Positions 1 to 14,406 of a stretch of DNA of 64,000 nt are shown piece after piece. Within the stretch, counting starts at the first letter, position 1. The number at the start of each line of letters is the position of its first letter. The notes under the pieces are model-generated. The model saw only the letters and a list, made by a program, of their open reading frames with translations, was not told where the DNA came from and ran no database searches. Both the position numbers and the translations under genes were made by a program. Origin of the DNA: Lingula anatina (lineage: Eukaryota; Animalia; Brachiopoda); contig CM120642.1 of NCBI GenBank assembly GCA_051362555.1, positions 33,480,001 to 33,544,000 on the forward strand. The letters are read 5' to 3'.

Positions 1-317
1 AACGATGCACTGCAATGTAAAGTGGGCGTATGCTATATACAGACGATAAAACGGGGCGACTGAAGCTATATACTAGTAATTTTATTAATACTTATTTTTG
101 CCTTCCAATTATGTACTACAAAATATAAACAAACTCTTAATTCCTATATACAATATATATATATAACTGATTATTTATATCAAAATTTTACACCTTTATA
201 CTTCATCATATCACAAGATTAATGCCTTTTCCATTTAGTGTTAAAATTGAGGACAATTTCAGTTGATAACAAAAATGTCTTTTTTGGTGAGAATTTTTTA
301 TAATCTCATCGATAGTG

Positions 318-3300
318 TTACCCAAAGAAACCCCAGAGAAATGCCCCGACACCAAGGCACACGATAAGATTAACGTTGATGATTCGCCGCCATTTTGGAT
401 TTTCCTCCATTGCCATAGCAGCCAGTTTTCTGTCGGCCTTCTCGTGGTCCTCTACGTGTTCGTTTTCGTTCTGAGGTGTATGGCCACATATCCAGTATAT
501 TACCTTCTTCCACGTGGGCGTTGGTTCTAAAGATATGATCAAACATCATTATTATTTTTTAAATTTTAAATCAAGATGCAGTACTCATGTTTTAAAAGTA
601 CCAAATGCCATTTAATATAAACTTCATTACTTTTACAGTTTTTGTAGTTTAACAATAAAGATATTTAAACTACCCTCTGGTTTATTCAGAGAAATTTTCT
701 AAATTTTACATCATAATTATTCAGTTCGTTTTAAATCACGAATCTCCTAAACATGGACAGTAAATGGTCCTTGATAAACAAGTATTTTGAATTTTAATTT
801 TGATTTAAGAATATTGCGCCTTACTCTGAACGTCAGCGCTGGCAATCGACCAGGAGTCCATGGACTTGTGTATAATATCTTCCTCATAACTTCGTATTTC
901 TTCAAGAGACTTCTGTGAAAGTTCTATTGTCTCTATGCCTCCAGATGTCGCAGTGGCGACAGTTGTTGTGGACACGTCAAGGCCCTCGTTGTCCCTGCCA
1001 GTGGTTATTTCACTGGGATGACAGTCATAGCGCGTGCCCCACGTCAGTCGCGCGAGCTGAAATATAGGGATACGTGTGAGAGACAAAAAGAGTGCAGACA
1101 TACGCTTCACATGCAGCTACACACACTTAGACGTATTTTGGATTTGGTGAAAATTTAGTCTTTATTTTGATAGCAAATGGGCATCACTGCTTTTACTCAA
1201 TGTTGCATCCTTCTTTAACGTACGAGTGCAAGTATATGGAATGTATTCCGGCCAGACCAAGTAACCAGTTTAAAGTACCATTGAAAGTAAAAACTCACCT
1301 CTTCCTCTGGTTGTGGCTTCGTAAACATACTGACGGTTATTGTCACAATAATACAAACAATGAATAAGGCAAAGGCGTAGTTTAGGTAATGAAAATCCTT
1401 CAAGATCCAAGGACGACTGTCTGGTAGACCGCAAGGAGGCGCTGGTAAGGCGAAATCAGCAATCATCCTGGCCAGACCCAAGACGAGCCCAACCATCATT
1501 CCCCAAAACGCACCCTATGAAAAAGAAAAGAAAATTTACCTTGAAATTGAACATACCTGTATAAAAATTTTGTTTCAGCTGATTAAACTATGCAAAGGAA
1601 AAAAGTACATGTATATTCTAAGTAAAACATAATACAACTGTTGGGCGAATCTTAAGGATGGTTAATACTATACTGTGTATGGGGTGTGATCACCATTCAT
1701 TTATACTGTACTAGCACATGTAGTATCCATAAATTATGTGTACTCAATTATGTGTATGTGTACTCCAATTTGCTTTATTTATTTCTACCTAGTGCTTTAG
1801 CTCACCGGTTCATTTATCCTTTTCCAAGCAACACCAAGACCAAAGCAGGCTAGTATAGGTGGCGCCAGGTACGAGGCAATGGACTGGAGGTAGTTGAACA
1901 GTTGACCGTCTTTAGCGCCCCCTACAATGGGCAGCCACACAACGCTGAACCCAATGAAGACAAGGACAAATACCCTAGACAGAAAAACACGATTCTTTGA
2001 CTGGTTCGTTTTCAAAGATAATGTATGTTAGTCTTAGAAATAACTTAACTATAAAATAAATTGACATGCATAAGAAAACCAACTCTCAAGATGTACTACA
2101 CCAGTAGCCATACAAATGATATTCTTTCTAACTTTCTAACATTTTATAAAATTTTACAATAATTTTAGAGTTTTGCCTTCGTTCAATGATGCTGATGTAC
2201 TTGTGCTGGACCGAACGGAAGATTAATATATATATTCATATAGTTAATTAAGCTATAATATTGAATAAAGATGACAACCTACCGCCCCACTATCATCAGC
2301 TCCCACTCTGATGCGTTTTTCCTGATCTTCTTCCAGACGTTGATGGTGAACACGGTACTACCGCTGTTAAAAATGGACGTCAAGGAACTCATCAGAGCGG
2401 CCAACATGGCGGCCAGCATCAGACCTCTCAGACCTTTAAAGTATGATATGCAAGAAATCAGCATGATTAATTACGTTTAAATAAACACAGAAGTATATAA
2501 AATGAAGGATATAAAGATCTGTTTAAATTATCATTAGAAGTGTTTATCACTCCACCTTAAAAGGCTAGGGATCGTGGAATTATGGATAAAATCAAATATG
2601 TCTAGCAAGTTACCGCCCCTTTTCAAACAAAAAGTAAAAAAATATGCTCAAGCCCTCTACAGCCGCGTTCACAATAGTGCTTACTTAAACCGGTGGGAGG
2701 CGAATTGGCGCCAATGACTTGCCTGGTTTTAGAAGCTCCTACTCTGTGTCAGGTATATAAACTAGTAAACAGTATATAGCTAACCTGTGGGCATGAGTTC
2801 CAGCACTAGTTTGGGGTATGCTATATTAGCACATCCATTGGCATTGCCACACACACGATTACATTCTTCTGGAGTGGAGCAGGCCACGTCGTCTGAAACA
2901 AGGATGGGGATTTATACAAGTCTCTATACAAATTTGTATCCAATGGTCGTGGATTGAGTCCCGTCCTCCTAAGACTCCATTTACGTAGCCTAGGGTATTC
3001 CTAATTTATATCACATACATAAAACGTGGCATGCACCCGGAGTTCACATCAATAGACCAAACCGTACTAGTAAGAGCCACAAGAGCCCATCCGAAATTAG
3101 TATACATCACGTGTTTCAAGGTCTATCAGAACCCGAGGAGCAGCGTACTTGTTAATGCTGGTTGGAAACTGAAACAAGTTTTTAAAAGACACGGAACATC
3201 AGGGTGTCAAAGGTGACTAACCTGTGAACAGCACCCTGCTGATCATCCCTGGCCAAACCATCAGGAACAGAGGCAGTACCTTGAGGTAGGCTGCCAGTAT

Positions 3301-3598
3301 AGATCCCGCCTTGGCGTGCAGGGTGTTCCTGGCTGAGAGAGTTCTCTGGACCAACACCTGGAGAGACAGGTTTGTGCCTTAAATATTGTAAAATTTAAAA
3401 AAAAATGTGATTCACAGAAAGTATTCCACACCACGTACTTATAAGTCAATGGTTAGATAACGTCAGGCGTGAGTGTACATTGGCGGAATCAGGTCACACA
3501 TGTATATAAAGCAGGAGCACTACTGGCAGTAAACGAATGTTTGAGATGGCAGTAGGAGAGTGTGCCAATATTGGTATTCTATAATACTAATCCAACGT

Positions 3599-3648
<50 letters not shown>

Positions 3649-6600
3649 CATCCTATACATCTACCTGGTCAGTACAGAAGTACCATGAAGACAGGACCGT
3701 GGCTCCAAACACCACCCCTGTCCACGGGTAGTTGGGGTCAGTAGCCTCGCGCAGGATGTGGAACGCGTCCGGCTCAGGTAGACCACAGGTGGTGTTCAGA
3801 TACTTGGTGGCATTGGGGACAGACAACATGTAACCGGCCTCCATGGCCCCGTAGCCGCCAACACGGACCATAGCTGAAATATCATAATTAGGGGATTGAG
3901 GGGCTTTATTCTTCTCATGTACAGGTCGAAACAAGTGTCTTTTATTGAGATAATTAAGTTTATACTCATGACCACACACAATCTTGACTATTATTATACA
4001 GTGCTTTTTATTCTTTTTACGTGAGTATCTGAGTACAAATATTTCTTGAGACGATAGAAATCGAGATTTATAAAGGGAAACAAAAAAATAGATAAAAAAG
4101 AAGTGTTTCCAACAGTTTTACCTATGACGGCTAAGATCACGGCTCCAATCAGTAACACAAAGGTTTGCAAGGCATCCGTGTAAATGACTGCCGCCAGACC
4201 GCCTGGGAGGACAAATGCAGATTTATATTACAATCCAGGAATCTGGTTTCCAATGTAAAATTTAAATGTTAAACTGATGGTGTGAAAGAATCGAAGTGGA
4301 AAATACTAGGACAGTTATATTGATTGAACGTCCAGGGCTCCGTAACTCGAAAGCACCGCAAATTGCGACCGAGCGCAAGCGTCTCTATCCCATAACTCGG
4401 GATTTACTCGCCCCATATAATAGCCTCGAAATAAAAGGTGATATCGTTATTTGCAATGCTTTCGAGTCATGGAGCCCAGTTTGATTGTTAAGTTTTGCAC
4501 TTTAGATTTATCCTTATTCCGACCAAGCAGAACTCGACAGTTTGCGAACTGTTTATCTTTATGATGTATCTACACAGAGCAATTAATGCAAAATCTACTA
4601 CGGCCAAAATCATCTGCCTTTGAAAGGATTTTATCGCAGAAGCAATACAGCGGCTTTCTCTTTACTTATTGCAATAAAACAAACAAACAAACAAACAATC
4701 AAACACAATGATTACCAATTTACCTAACACAGTATACAGAGCGGTTGCCACCATGAGCAGCAGCACTGAGAGCATCTGGTCCCAGCCCAATACTTCCTTC
4801 ACGATCACAGTCCCCGCAAATATCTCCGCCGACAGTTTGGTGAAGGCGAACAGGAGCAGGTTCTGGACGGCAAGGTAGACCTCCAGACGTTGGCTGCCGA
4901 ACCGTTTCAGAAGATATTCTGGCATGGTATAGACCTGGGAAGGTGGCAGGAGAAACGTTTAACTGTTACTAATACAGATGGACATAATATTAGAGAAAAA
5001 ATACAATCCGGAGGAGCTGATTTAACGCCTGTAAAACACCAATAAAGAATATGAACAAAATGCATTTCTTGGTCTTAAGCACAAGCTAGAGAAGTATTGT
5101 TTTACACAAAGAAAATTCATCAGATGCAAATATTGATTTCATGAAACACAAGATAATTCTCCGGAATAATTCACGTTGTTCTCAGAAATTGTGCATATTA
5201 CCGGGGTGTGTCTATTCATGGTTTCAGAGCATAGCGTCACTTACCCCAGCAGATATATATACAGGGACGAAGAAGAACCCCAGGAGAAGAATACAGAACA
5301 AACCCTGGAGTAGAAAATATGAAAATATATCTAATATTCTAATAATCGTCTCTTTTATTCTTAAAACACCGTCATTATAAATGAAGTAGAACCAGTTTAG
5401 CATAGGGGTAAAAAGATCGTCGTGCGTTTGAACTAGACATTACTATTGCAAACACACCCCACCTTAAATGTACATATTATATGAAATTTTAAAGTTAAAA
5501 ATAATGACCAGATTGGTCATATACAAATGTAAAGCAAAACGAACTGCTCCTATTTGTGCAAGAATGACCTTGTTTTAAGATGGAAATATGTATAAGATCC
5601 ACCTACATAGTTGTACATGTTTACCTGTTCCTTAAACGAACAATAAGAAATGTAACGATTGAGTGTTCATCTTTTTTGGCATCCTCTCCTTGATTGAATA
5701 TTTATCTAGACTCTGATCATCGATTACGATTATCAGTCAGAAAAATCATCAATCACGATTATCTGTCAGAAACATTTTTTTATCTTTGGGGGCAACTAAA
5801 GGTTTGAGTGAAATAACATAACTAGTGGCTGATGTTATTTTTAAGAATTCTTTTGCAGTCCTTGAAACGCCTTGGTCTTATAAAGATACACCTTCGACTT
5901 AAAGAACAAGTGCATTCAACACCTCTGCTGGATGAAGATTTAACACATTGTTAGATTTACAACACAATTGTTATATCATTTCATCCCACTGAGGGCACAC
6001 ACTAGCATGCAGACTTTGATAAAATTTAATTAAACTTCCTTTTCAATCAAGTTCTAAATTAAAAGCATTAATACATCAGGTGTAGTGTACTGCAGGTAGC
6101 TGAATTAGATAGGCGGGACATTAAGCCGCTTCGTCAACACGATCATCGTAAACAGACGGAGGCGTTGTCTTTCAAATAGCATGTTTGTTTTTGATAAGCC
6201 ACGATATTAATCAATAGATTTGCACTCAAACTCTAGTGGCCTCAGTCAGGGTGTGTTTTAATAGGATATTTCTGATATTGGATATTACTGGACAAATAAA
6301 CATAGTAATGAAGTTGTTCGGGGGAAATTTATCAAGGTCTTAATTTCTCCATTAATATAAATATGATATTATTTATTTATTTATATGAATATGCTTAATA
6401 TTATAATAAAATCGAATTAGTGACAATGCCCAACATCTGATCTGTATTAAGAGGGTATAAGTTTTTTAATGTAAAGTATATGATAAATTATCTAAAGTGA
6501 TCTTGCCAAAGACATCCTACACGTATAAGCTTACCGACAACTCGTAGCAGACCACAGCTATACCGTTGGCACTTGCTGCTCCCGCCAGACCTATAAAACT

Positions 6601-6920
6601 ACTGCTCCCTATATTACTCACATACAGAGATAAGCCTACCTGAAAACAAAGCTAAGATTGTTCACAATATATTTAACAGCTCGCAATTAACCTTGAAAAA
6701 AAATAACAGAAAACGCGATATGAGTTTATAATTGTATAAATTAGTATATGGAGCGGTGTGAAAGAATTCAGGCTCCGCAAAATAAGGAGTCCGCCCCCTC
6801 CCCCCCCCACCATTAAATTCATACAGGTTACGGTTTTAGCGTGACATTACTGAGTCCAAATCTGTTTTTTGTTTACAAATCGAAGGCAATCGGCCCCAGT
6901 CATGATCGACGGTGCTGGCG

Positions 6921-6960
<40 letters not shown>

Positions 6961-7189
6961 GTATGTTTGTGTATGATTAGTCTGCGTACAGCGAGCTAGA
7001 ATCATTTCGATATATTTATATAAGGCTGAGAGAGAGTGAGGGGGAGGAGAAACAGAGAGAGAGAGAGAGAGAGACAGAGCAAACGAGGGAGAAAGAGAAT
7101 GCTGGATGAGCGGGGGGGGGGGGGGGGAGAGAGAGAGAGAGAGAGAGAGAGCAAAAGAGGGAGAAAGAGAATGCTGGATGGAGAGCGGG

Positions 7190-7223
<34 letters not shown>

Positions 7224-9292
7224 AAATTGTTCTAAGAAGAGACTATAAACCCACCAGCCACCATGACATATCTCTACCAGCCAGGAAGTATCCCCGGGCA
7301 GTGCCTCTGTTGGACTTCACTGTGGACTGAAATATACAGCGAGAAATCTGTAATACTTGTAATATCATGAAATCCAAATACAGCGAGAAATCTGTAATAC
7401 TTGTAATATCATGAAATCCAAATACAGCGAGAAATCTGCAATACTTGTAATATCATGTAATCCAAATTGACTCCATTAAAGTATCAAATACGGGCCAAAA
7501 TCCTGTGATATCCTCATTAACATAGACAATATTGAAGTACTGCAAAGAAAAGAATGGTATTGTTATTATTAACTATTATATTGCTATATAACTATTATAT
7601 GAAGATTCTGAAGAAACAAAATGGAAAAATAACCAGAAATATTTAGCTCGGACTTGAGTCCTTGTTTCATCGGGCTTGCGACCGCATTTCTGCCAGCACT
7701 CTAACACAATCTAACAAAATACCATGCTTCAAAATGAAAGTGGTGCATGAAACTGATGATGACTTTCAAATCATAAAACCCGTTCTCCAAGCTTTCACTA
7801 TTCCAGTGTAACGCAGTCTTTAATAGGGTTGAATTCTTAAGAAAAAGAACACACGCGTGTTTGTACATGTAGTTACTCTCTTTTGATGAAATGATTATCA
7901 GTTGTAAGCATTTTTAAACTGAAGTGACGAAACAGTTATATTATAACTGTATAACCCCTTAACATATATATATATACAGGTATAACTGGGTTCAGACATT
8001 AATAATATACACGTATACACGTATATTGTCAAACTTGTCAGTCTAGTCAGGTATATTGGCCAAGCCAGTGTTGAAAATTAATGTCGCGTATTCCACATGA
8101 TTATGCTCATACATGTAGTGTATGCAGATTCGTGGGTTAATACTTGAATGCTTGAATTGGCGATCATTTAGATCCACTATAGAGACCCGATAAATTGTAT
8201 TCAGGTGTACTGCACAGCTTGTGTTGTACTATATTTTATGTATACAGCTAGGTGTAGCGTTCTTGGCGAAAATATCCTATTAGACTCTATAGAAACACTA
8301 TAGGAATCCTACAGGACTTAAGAGGGATTCTATCGGTCGTATATGTAAGATTTCTATCTAGGACATGTGCCCTATAAGACCCATAGGATTTGGGCCCAAT
8401 GTCTTATAGAATCAGATAAGGCAATATATGACATTAACTAAGGAGGCCTGTAGGGAATTTCCGTAAGGGCTTGTATTCTGCTAGCACAGAGTTGTATTTT
8501 ACTGCGGATGAACACGCAATGAAAAAAATGATAAAATGTGAAAAAAAACAAAACAAAACAAACTAAGTTAAATAAACCGTATGGTAGGGGGCCGCGGTAA
8601 CTACGGTCTGTTCGAACCTTATTTTCCTTATTTTAAAATTGTTTGAGCGTATGGTGCCGTGGAACGAAAGCTTACTTGATTATCATGACACGTAAAAGAA
8701 ATGACAGCTAAAATGAACATTACATACTAGTAGCTTTTCTTATTTAAGCCAGTCATGCCTGCGTCCCGTATATACCTCACCTTCACCCCCCACACTCATG
8801 AGTCTTTACTATAATTACCCAACCATTTATACCTAATGTTATCTAACTCATATTGACCTTAAACTCACTTAATATCCAATCTAATAAAGTTTGTTAAAGG
8901 CTCCCGTCACTCGAATGAAGCAGGAGGGGATCTCGGGTCAACAGAAAGCAAGCACAATTTTCAAAGGTTAAAAGAATGGATATTTTTGTACATGCGCAAA
9001 CGACTATTTTAGAATCAAAGTGTATAATAATATGTATTAGTGTTTATTTCTGCACGAAGACGCCTGATAGCAACCCTATATAGGTTTGTTATTCCTCGGT
9101 GACCTTGTGGTAATTTGATTTATGATGAAAGACAACGGGAGATACTTCACTGAAGGAAAGTGGGCAATAAATAGCCTCAATTTCCCTTAATGTTCAATGT
9201 CGTATTTCCAGTTGTCTAAACAGCATTCAATGGACTTTTTTCATATTCCTTAAAACCACACTTTTCCATTCCAACCACATGTGTTTCATCTT

Positions 9293-9328
<36 letters not shown>

Positions 9329-10321
9329 TTTTGCTATTATTTAAGAAAGCTAGGCAATTTCTGAATGATTTAAACATGGGTTATTTGAGACATGCTGGTC
9401 CTGATATACAGATGCATGTCACTCATTTGTTAAAAAGGTAAATTTCTTTGGGTATGTACAGTTAATTTTCCCTTTTGTTATCAGGATAAAAGCATGTTCG
9501 GGGAGTCAATCAATCACTGATAACAATTGACGCATTTACTGCAGACCTTTTTACCCTTTCTCTTATAAAAAAGGTCAACAACATTTATAAAAATTATTTT
9601 GTTGGAAATATTTCACTTTTGGATAATTTGATAGTGAATTAAGATTATGTGTAATGTCATTGTATAGTAAAGCTCCTTATAATAAGTTGGTAACTAGAGT
9701 ATTATTTCGTCAAATAAAAATGATTTTATCCGCTGGGCGTACAGAACGTACATTATCAGTAGGCGTATTTACCTTTTGTCTTAACCATGTAGCTATATAT
9801 TGTACAGGACACTACTGCAGCACTGCTACTTATTGTGCATAGGTATGGAACTACATGCTAGTAAAAATTTAGGGAATTTTTCGATTAAATATATTTCAGC
9901 TTATTACTCAGAGTGAAAATTTCTATTAAAACAGGTGTTTAGTTAAATCTTGACTTCCTACTTCCTCCTTTTCAAATATTTGCTGGGCTCAAGAATCTTC
10001 ACACGCGTTCTCGGTGACGCGGTCAAGGTAATGATTAACTAACAATATTGATTGCATTGCATTGTATTCTAAGGTCATTAGACATTTAAGTGTTGTACTG
10101 GGGTACATGTTACACAAGTACTGATAGAATTACTTATCTTATTGTGAATCTATTTGTCAAATAGGTCGATAGAACATTCCCAATCACATCACTAAATATA
10201 CCCGTTTTTGTGTAGGCAAAAGTGACTGTCCACTCACCCATATCCCCACACCAACGGTCAGTAGAAAATGACCAGCAATAACGGCATAGTCCGCCGCCTC
10301 CAGCCTATATTTTCCCTCCAT
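318..10321 (-). CDS. SLC5/SSF sodium:sugar (SGLT/SMIT-like) cotransporter, 14 coding exons (approx. 10321-10238, 7326-7255, 6639-6535, 5304-5245, 4934-4724, 4202-4123, 3873-3665, 3357-3222, 2892-2785, 2433-2283, 1975-1807, 1514-1299, 1056-824, 527-318)
   Basis: Exons joined at GT-AG sites translate to SGLT hallmark motifs: [103 protein letters not shown], and a C-terminal TM ending LWGFFG*. Confidence 0.93.
3602..3644. repeat. (CT)n microsatellite
   Basis: Direct inspection; intronic. Confidence 0.95.
6924..7221. repeat. (TG)n plus (GA)n/G-run compound microsatellite with a duplicated GAGGGAGAAAGAGAATGCTGGATG unit
   Basis: Direct inspection; SLC5 intron 2. Confidence 0.9.
7333..7466. repeat. 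3 x 44-bp tandem repeat abutting the SLC5 exon-2 acceptor
   Basis: CAGCGAGAAATCTG at 7337, 7381 and 7425. Confidence 0.95.
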
Positions 10322-11535
10322 GACGTGACAGGCAATGTCGCAGCGTCTGAGGCGGTTCTGGAGGACTTCAGTGTGTGAGTTAGTGACCTAAAACCCAGTG
10401 ATAACAGCGCAAATATATACAAGGCCACGCAGCCCTGATACCAGTGGTATGTTGAGGGATATAAAGTGGAGATATCCTAATATACCTGTACACGTAATAT
10501 TTCCATACCAACAATGACACTTTTCAGGGGTTTTTTTCACATCAGTATGCGATTTTTATGTGTTTGTAAACATGATAAGACATTAAGTCATCACTCATTC
10601 TGCCACACACGTGTAGTTGAAATAAAGTAGAGTGGAAAGCACACGTACACATGTATGAGTAATCTGTATAAACTCTATCGTGTTATTCGAAAAGTAAATG
10701 TCCGTTGAACTTCTGTTTTCTTTCATATTTCTTTTCGCTTTTGGACACCCAAGTTTTTAATCTCCCATTAAAATGTCCCACGCTTGAAATGAAGGTATGA
10801 AAACGTACATTACTGCGCAACCCTTGTCAAAAAGGTGTTATTTTTACTGAAAATGTTCGTAAAGTATAGAAGTAATGACCATCAAATTTTTTTTCGTGTG
10901 ACATTTTGTGGTTTCCATGTTTAGAGGGCCCTAGACTGGTAGGGACCCGTATCGTGTTGGACATTTTCTGAAGATTTCAGCAAATTCTCTTGAACTCGTA
11001 ATAAAAAGAAACCCAAGCATGCGCCGGCCAGTAGCGCCCCGGGGTACAGTACATTGAAATTAAGTAAAATCTTCTTGAGAAAATCAGAAAATAACTGTGT
11101 ATCGATAATTCTGTCAGATTTATGCATTTTCGCTCCTGATTTGCTTCTTTGTCACGATTTATGTATCCACTTTCCTCCAAATCCCACAAAATCTCGATTG
11201 AATTTGGGATGATTCGATCGTTTTGCACCCCGCTTACCACTTAATGTGTGTTTGTGTAGCCCCCCGACACGCGCGTCTTGCAGCGTGCCCCTAGGTTTTC
11301 AAAAAATAAAAATTTGAGGTTTTGCAATTCATGGGCTTATTCCTAAAAACACCGTCGGTCTACATAGATCGATCCAACTCCGCGGGGACTCTTGCTGAAT
11401 GCAATCAGCTGAATGCGGTCAGTTTCACAGATTAACACGCCTCCTCCTGGTATGGAATGAACATATATAATTCTAATGATGCAGTGACAATAATACGTCC
11501 AACTAGTATGATGCATTATGTCAAAGAATTTGCAA

Positions 11536-11586
<51 letters not shown>

Positions 11587-12048
11587 ATACTGACAAGACC
11601 AACGGACAAAGGAAAAACGTGCTTTTCCATGTTGGGGCTTCCCAAATCTATAAATTGGTAGGCCTATACAAGGCACTGTATGTGAACCGTGTCTCATTTT
11701 AAGGAAAGTATAACACCACAAATAAAAAATAATATTTTTAATGAAATTGAACCCGATTGAGGGGGAATTGTAGTGGAAACAGTGGGAAAAGAATGAGATC
11801 GTGTTGAAAATTCGTTTATCTCGGAATGAAAATAAAGGAAAAATTGCCCCAATTTTATATCAACTCATAATACCCTAAAACAAAGAAGCCCAAGCAATTT
11901 TTTTAAATCTCTACCAACCTGCTCGTGAACGTTTTACGTCGTTTATTCACCTTTCAAGATTGACGAGGTACCGCCTATATAATCCATGTTATGTGTTTCT
12001 AGTAAACCTCTGTAAGCAATCAAGAAAATTAAATGCGTGGATGACATA

Positions 12049-12287
12049 CAGGGGCGGATCCAGGATGAAGGGGAGGGCGCGAATGCAAGGCCGACCCCTC
12101 CCCCTCCCCCGCTGAAGGGCCCCAAAAAACTGTGATTTTTTTATAGGGCAAACGGTGCCATTTGGTACGGTTTAGAACTATTATTCAGCTAGTCAAAACT
12201 CTAATTTCAAGAGGGTGGCCAGAAATCGAAGGGGGGGGGGGGGGGGGGGGGAACCCCCCCGCCCCTCCCCATATGAATCCACCACTG
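12049..12287 (+). mobile_element. Non-autonomous TIR element (CAGGGGCGGAT...ATCCACCACTG), family B
   Basis: Imperfect TIRs; internal AACGGTGCCATTTGGTACGGTTTAGAACTA shared in reverse with 47113-47335; flanks ACATA/GCATA resemble a 5-bp TSD. Confidence 0.75.
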
Positions 12288-12891
12288 GCATAGGAGGGGA
12301 TCATTAGATTTTTTTATAATTCTCATCTGCTTCATCTGCCTATAGATGGCGCTTCATATAGTGACTGAATGAGACAGGCTGAATGGGCTACCTCAGCTCG
12401 TGACACCGTCATCCCGACCTCTAAACTACACCAACTTATGCAATCGTGGGACGCCAAGGGCACAACATGCTTGGTACAGGACTACCATTGTTAAAATGTC
12501 TAGAAATATTTTTAAAAGTTTATACTTTTAAGAATTAAAAGAAATCTGTATTGGAATTCACTTGGTCGAATCCCAATCTGCATCTGTATCATAAGAAAAT
12601 TAAAGGACATACCTGTTTTTATGATTCGGATTTTTTTTCATGTAGGAACTAATAGGCCCCTATACATGTGCGACGTAGGGCCTACATATAAAAGGTAGGC
12701 TACATATGTCCAACCATGGGCATAAGCCCGATAAACAGCAATTAAATAAGCAACAAATTTACATAAATAATTACTATAATTTAATTAAGTACTTCGTTAA
12801 TATGTTTGATCACTGTAAAATTATATAAACGCTGCCCCCTTCTGTCGACCCAGGTCGCCATTGTGTTAGTTGAGATTTGAGACGAATAATC

Positions 12892-12941
12892 GTCATGTGA
12901 CTTCTCTCCTCCGCGGCACCAGGTAAACAACTAGGGTAAGT
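12892..12941 (+). promoter_or_regulatory. Putative CAX1 promoter / non-coding first exon: GTCATGTGAC (CLEAR/M-box-like, 12892-12901), GTAAACAA (FOX-type site, 12923-12930), donor GTAAGT at 12936
   Basis: Motifs read directly; CpG-containing patch ~1.5 kb upstream of the acceptor at 14399-14401 that precedes the ATG. Confidence 0.5.
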
Positions 12942-13292
12942 AGGTAGAGCTCTGTAGTAGAATAAAAGTTTTGTCAAATAATTTGTGATCTACAGGTAGT
13001 GTGATTCTGTAATTGTAATGCAGTGCACACAAATGTTGGGGTAAACTCTTTATGTGGAAATCTCGAGCCTGCGACCACGGGTAAAGTAGTTCGAAAACTT
13101 GTGACTGCACCGTACATGTATTATAGTCAACTCAGTTGTACATGCCGTACTTAACTGTACTTCACTGTACATGTATATTGTAGTTAATATACTGTAGTGT
13201 GCATCTGTTTGCATAGAGTAAAGAATTTTACTGGTGTGTAGAACTTGTGCAGAACTGTAATATTTCTGTATAAAGATCTGACCAAGCCTGAG

Positions 13293-13341
<49 letters not shown>

Positions 13342-14406
13342 GCTCGTAAATGTATATTTCGCCCTGGTAAAGTTTCATCAATTCTTTAATTTTAATGTCA
13401 ACTTTGATATAATTTGAATTGTTATACGTAGTTCTGCCAACACGTCAGAACTCGGAGTAAACATTGTACTTTTTCAGGTACATGTGCTAGTTATGTCGTC
13501 TAGCATTTGATTAACTACAGAATAATTATTAACACGAGAAAATACTGAATTGATGTTTCTTAAGAGTGTGTAGATCCATGGGTAGATCGAAGTATTGCAA
13601 CTCTCCCAGAATAGGTTTCAAACTCTTTTATGTAGGAGACTATGAGGATAGGAGGTAGGAATGGATTTGGTTATTGACTGTGTCCATCATGACAATATAT
13701 CAGGATTCCCCTCCCCCCCCAGAAATCAACTTAAGTGAGGTATCAGATTAAAAATGCTTGCTCATTGATCTCACCATTAGCTGTGGAAACCAGAAATTAT
13801 ATAATCTTCAGTAAAATAATTAAGTCACATGTACCTGGTACACATATTGCCTGTACTTGTGAAAAGCACATGAATTATAGTGTGAGTCATTAGTCATTTA
13901 GTGATAGTGAAAGTTTGAGGCATGGAGAGAAAGACACGGGCAGCAAGACATGTGACTGTAGCTTCCAGGCTGATATGAAGATTTAAGATATTTGTCGGTG
14001 GTCTAAGGAGAAGGATCCAAGTACAATAGTGTACTGATTAGTATTTGCCCTGGGCAAGAAAATGAAATACGCGTGTGAGTGGGACATTTACTGGGGAAAG
14101 GTTGGCTTTGATGACTGGAAGTCATATGTGATATATTTGAAAAAAATTTTTTTGTACACACACACTGGGGTTTGTATATATTTTCCCAGCACCTGATTGA
14201 GCCTATCAACATTACCTGAGACAATTTGTATTTGTATGTCTGATTTGAAAAACTGAAAACGATGATGAGCATGATGATTAATTTTTGTCAAAGAATAACA
14301 ATATGTATGGTATAGTTTGATATCTATGCAAAGGTAAGGTATGGCAAATTTTTCAGGTTTTGAGGTGTCTTTTTTGTTAATGTAGTTATCTATATTTTCA
14401 GGTAAA

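Noticed and set aside
2945-2970. B-box-like GGATTGAGTCCC (also ~7645-7715) suggesting a tRNA or SINE
   Set aside because: No cloverleaf or convincing A-box; too degenerate
8270-8470. CCTATAG-rich patch ending TTCCGTAAGGG, possibly a transposon end
   Set aside because: Only one terminus is visible; cannot be classified
10860-11340. CpG-richer patch that looks like a DNA-transposon fragment
   Set aside because: No paired TIRs, TSD, second copy or coding motif could be established
13113-13160. Frequent TACATGTA palindromes across the window
   Set aside because: Scattered in introns and intergenic DNA alike; looks like a genome-wide compositional signature
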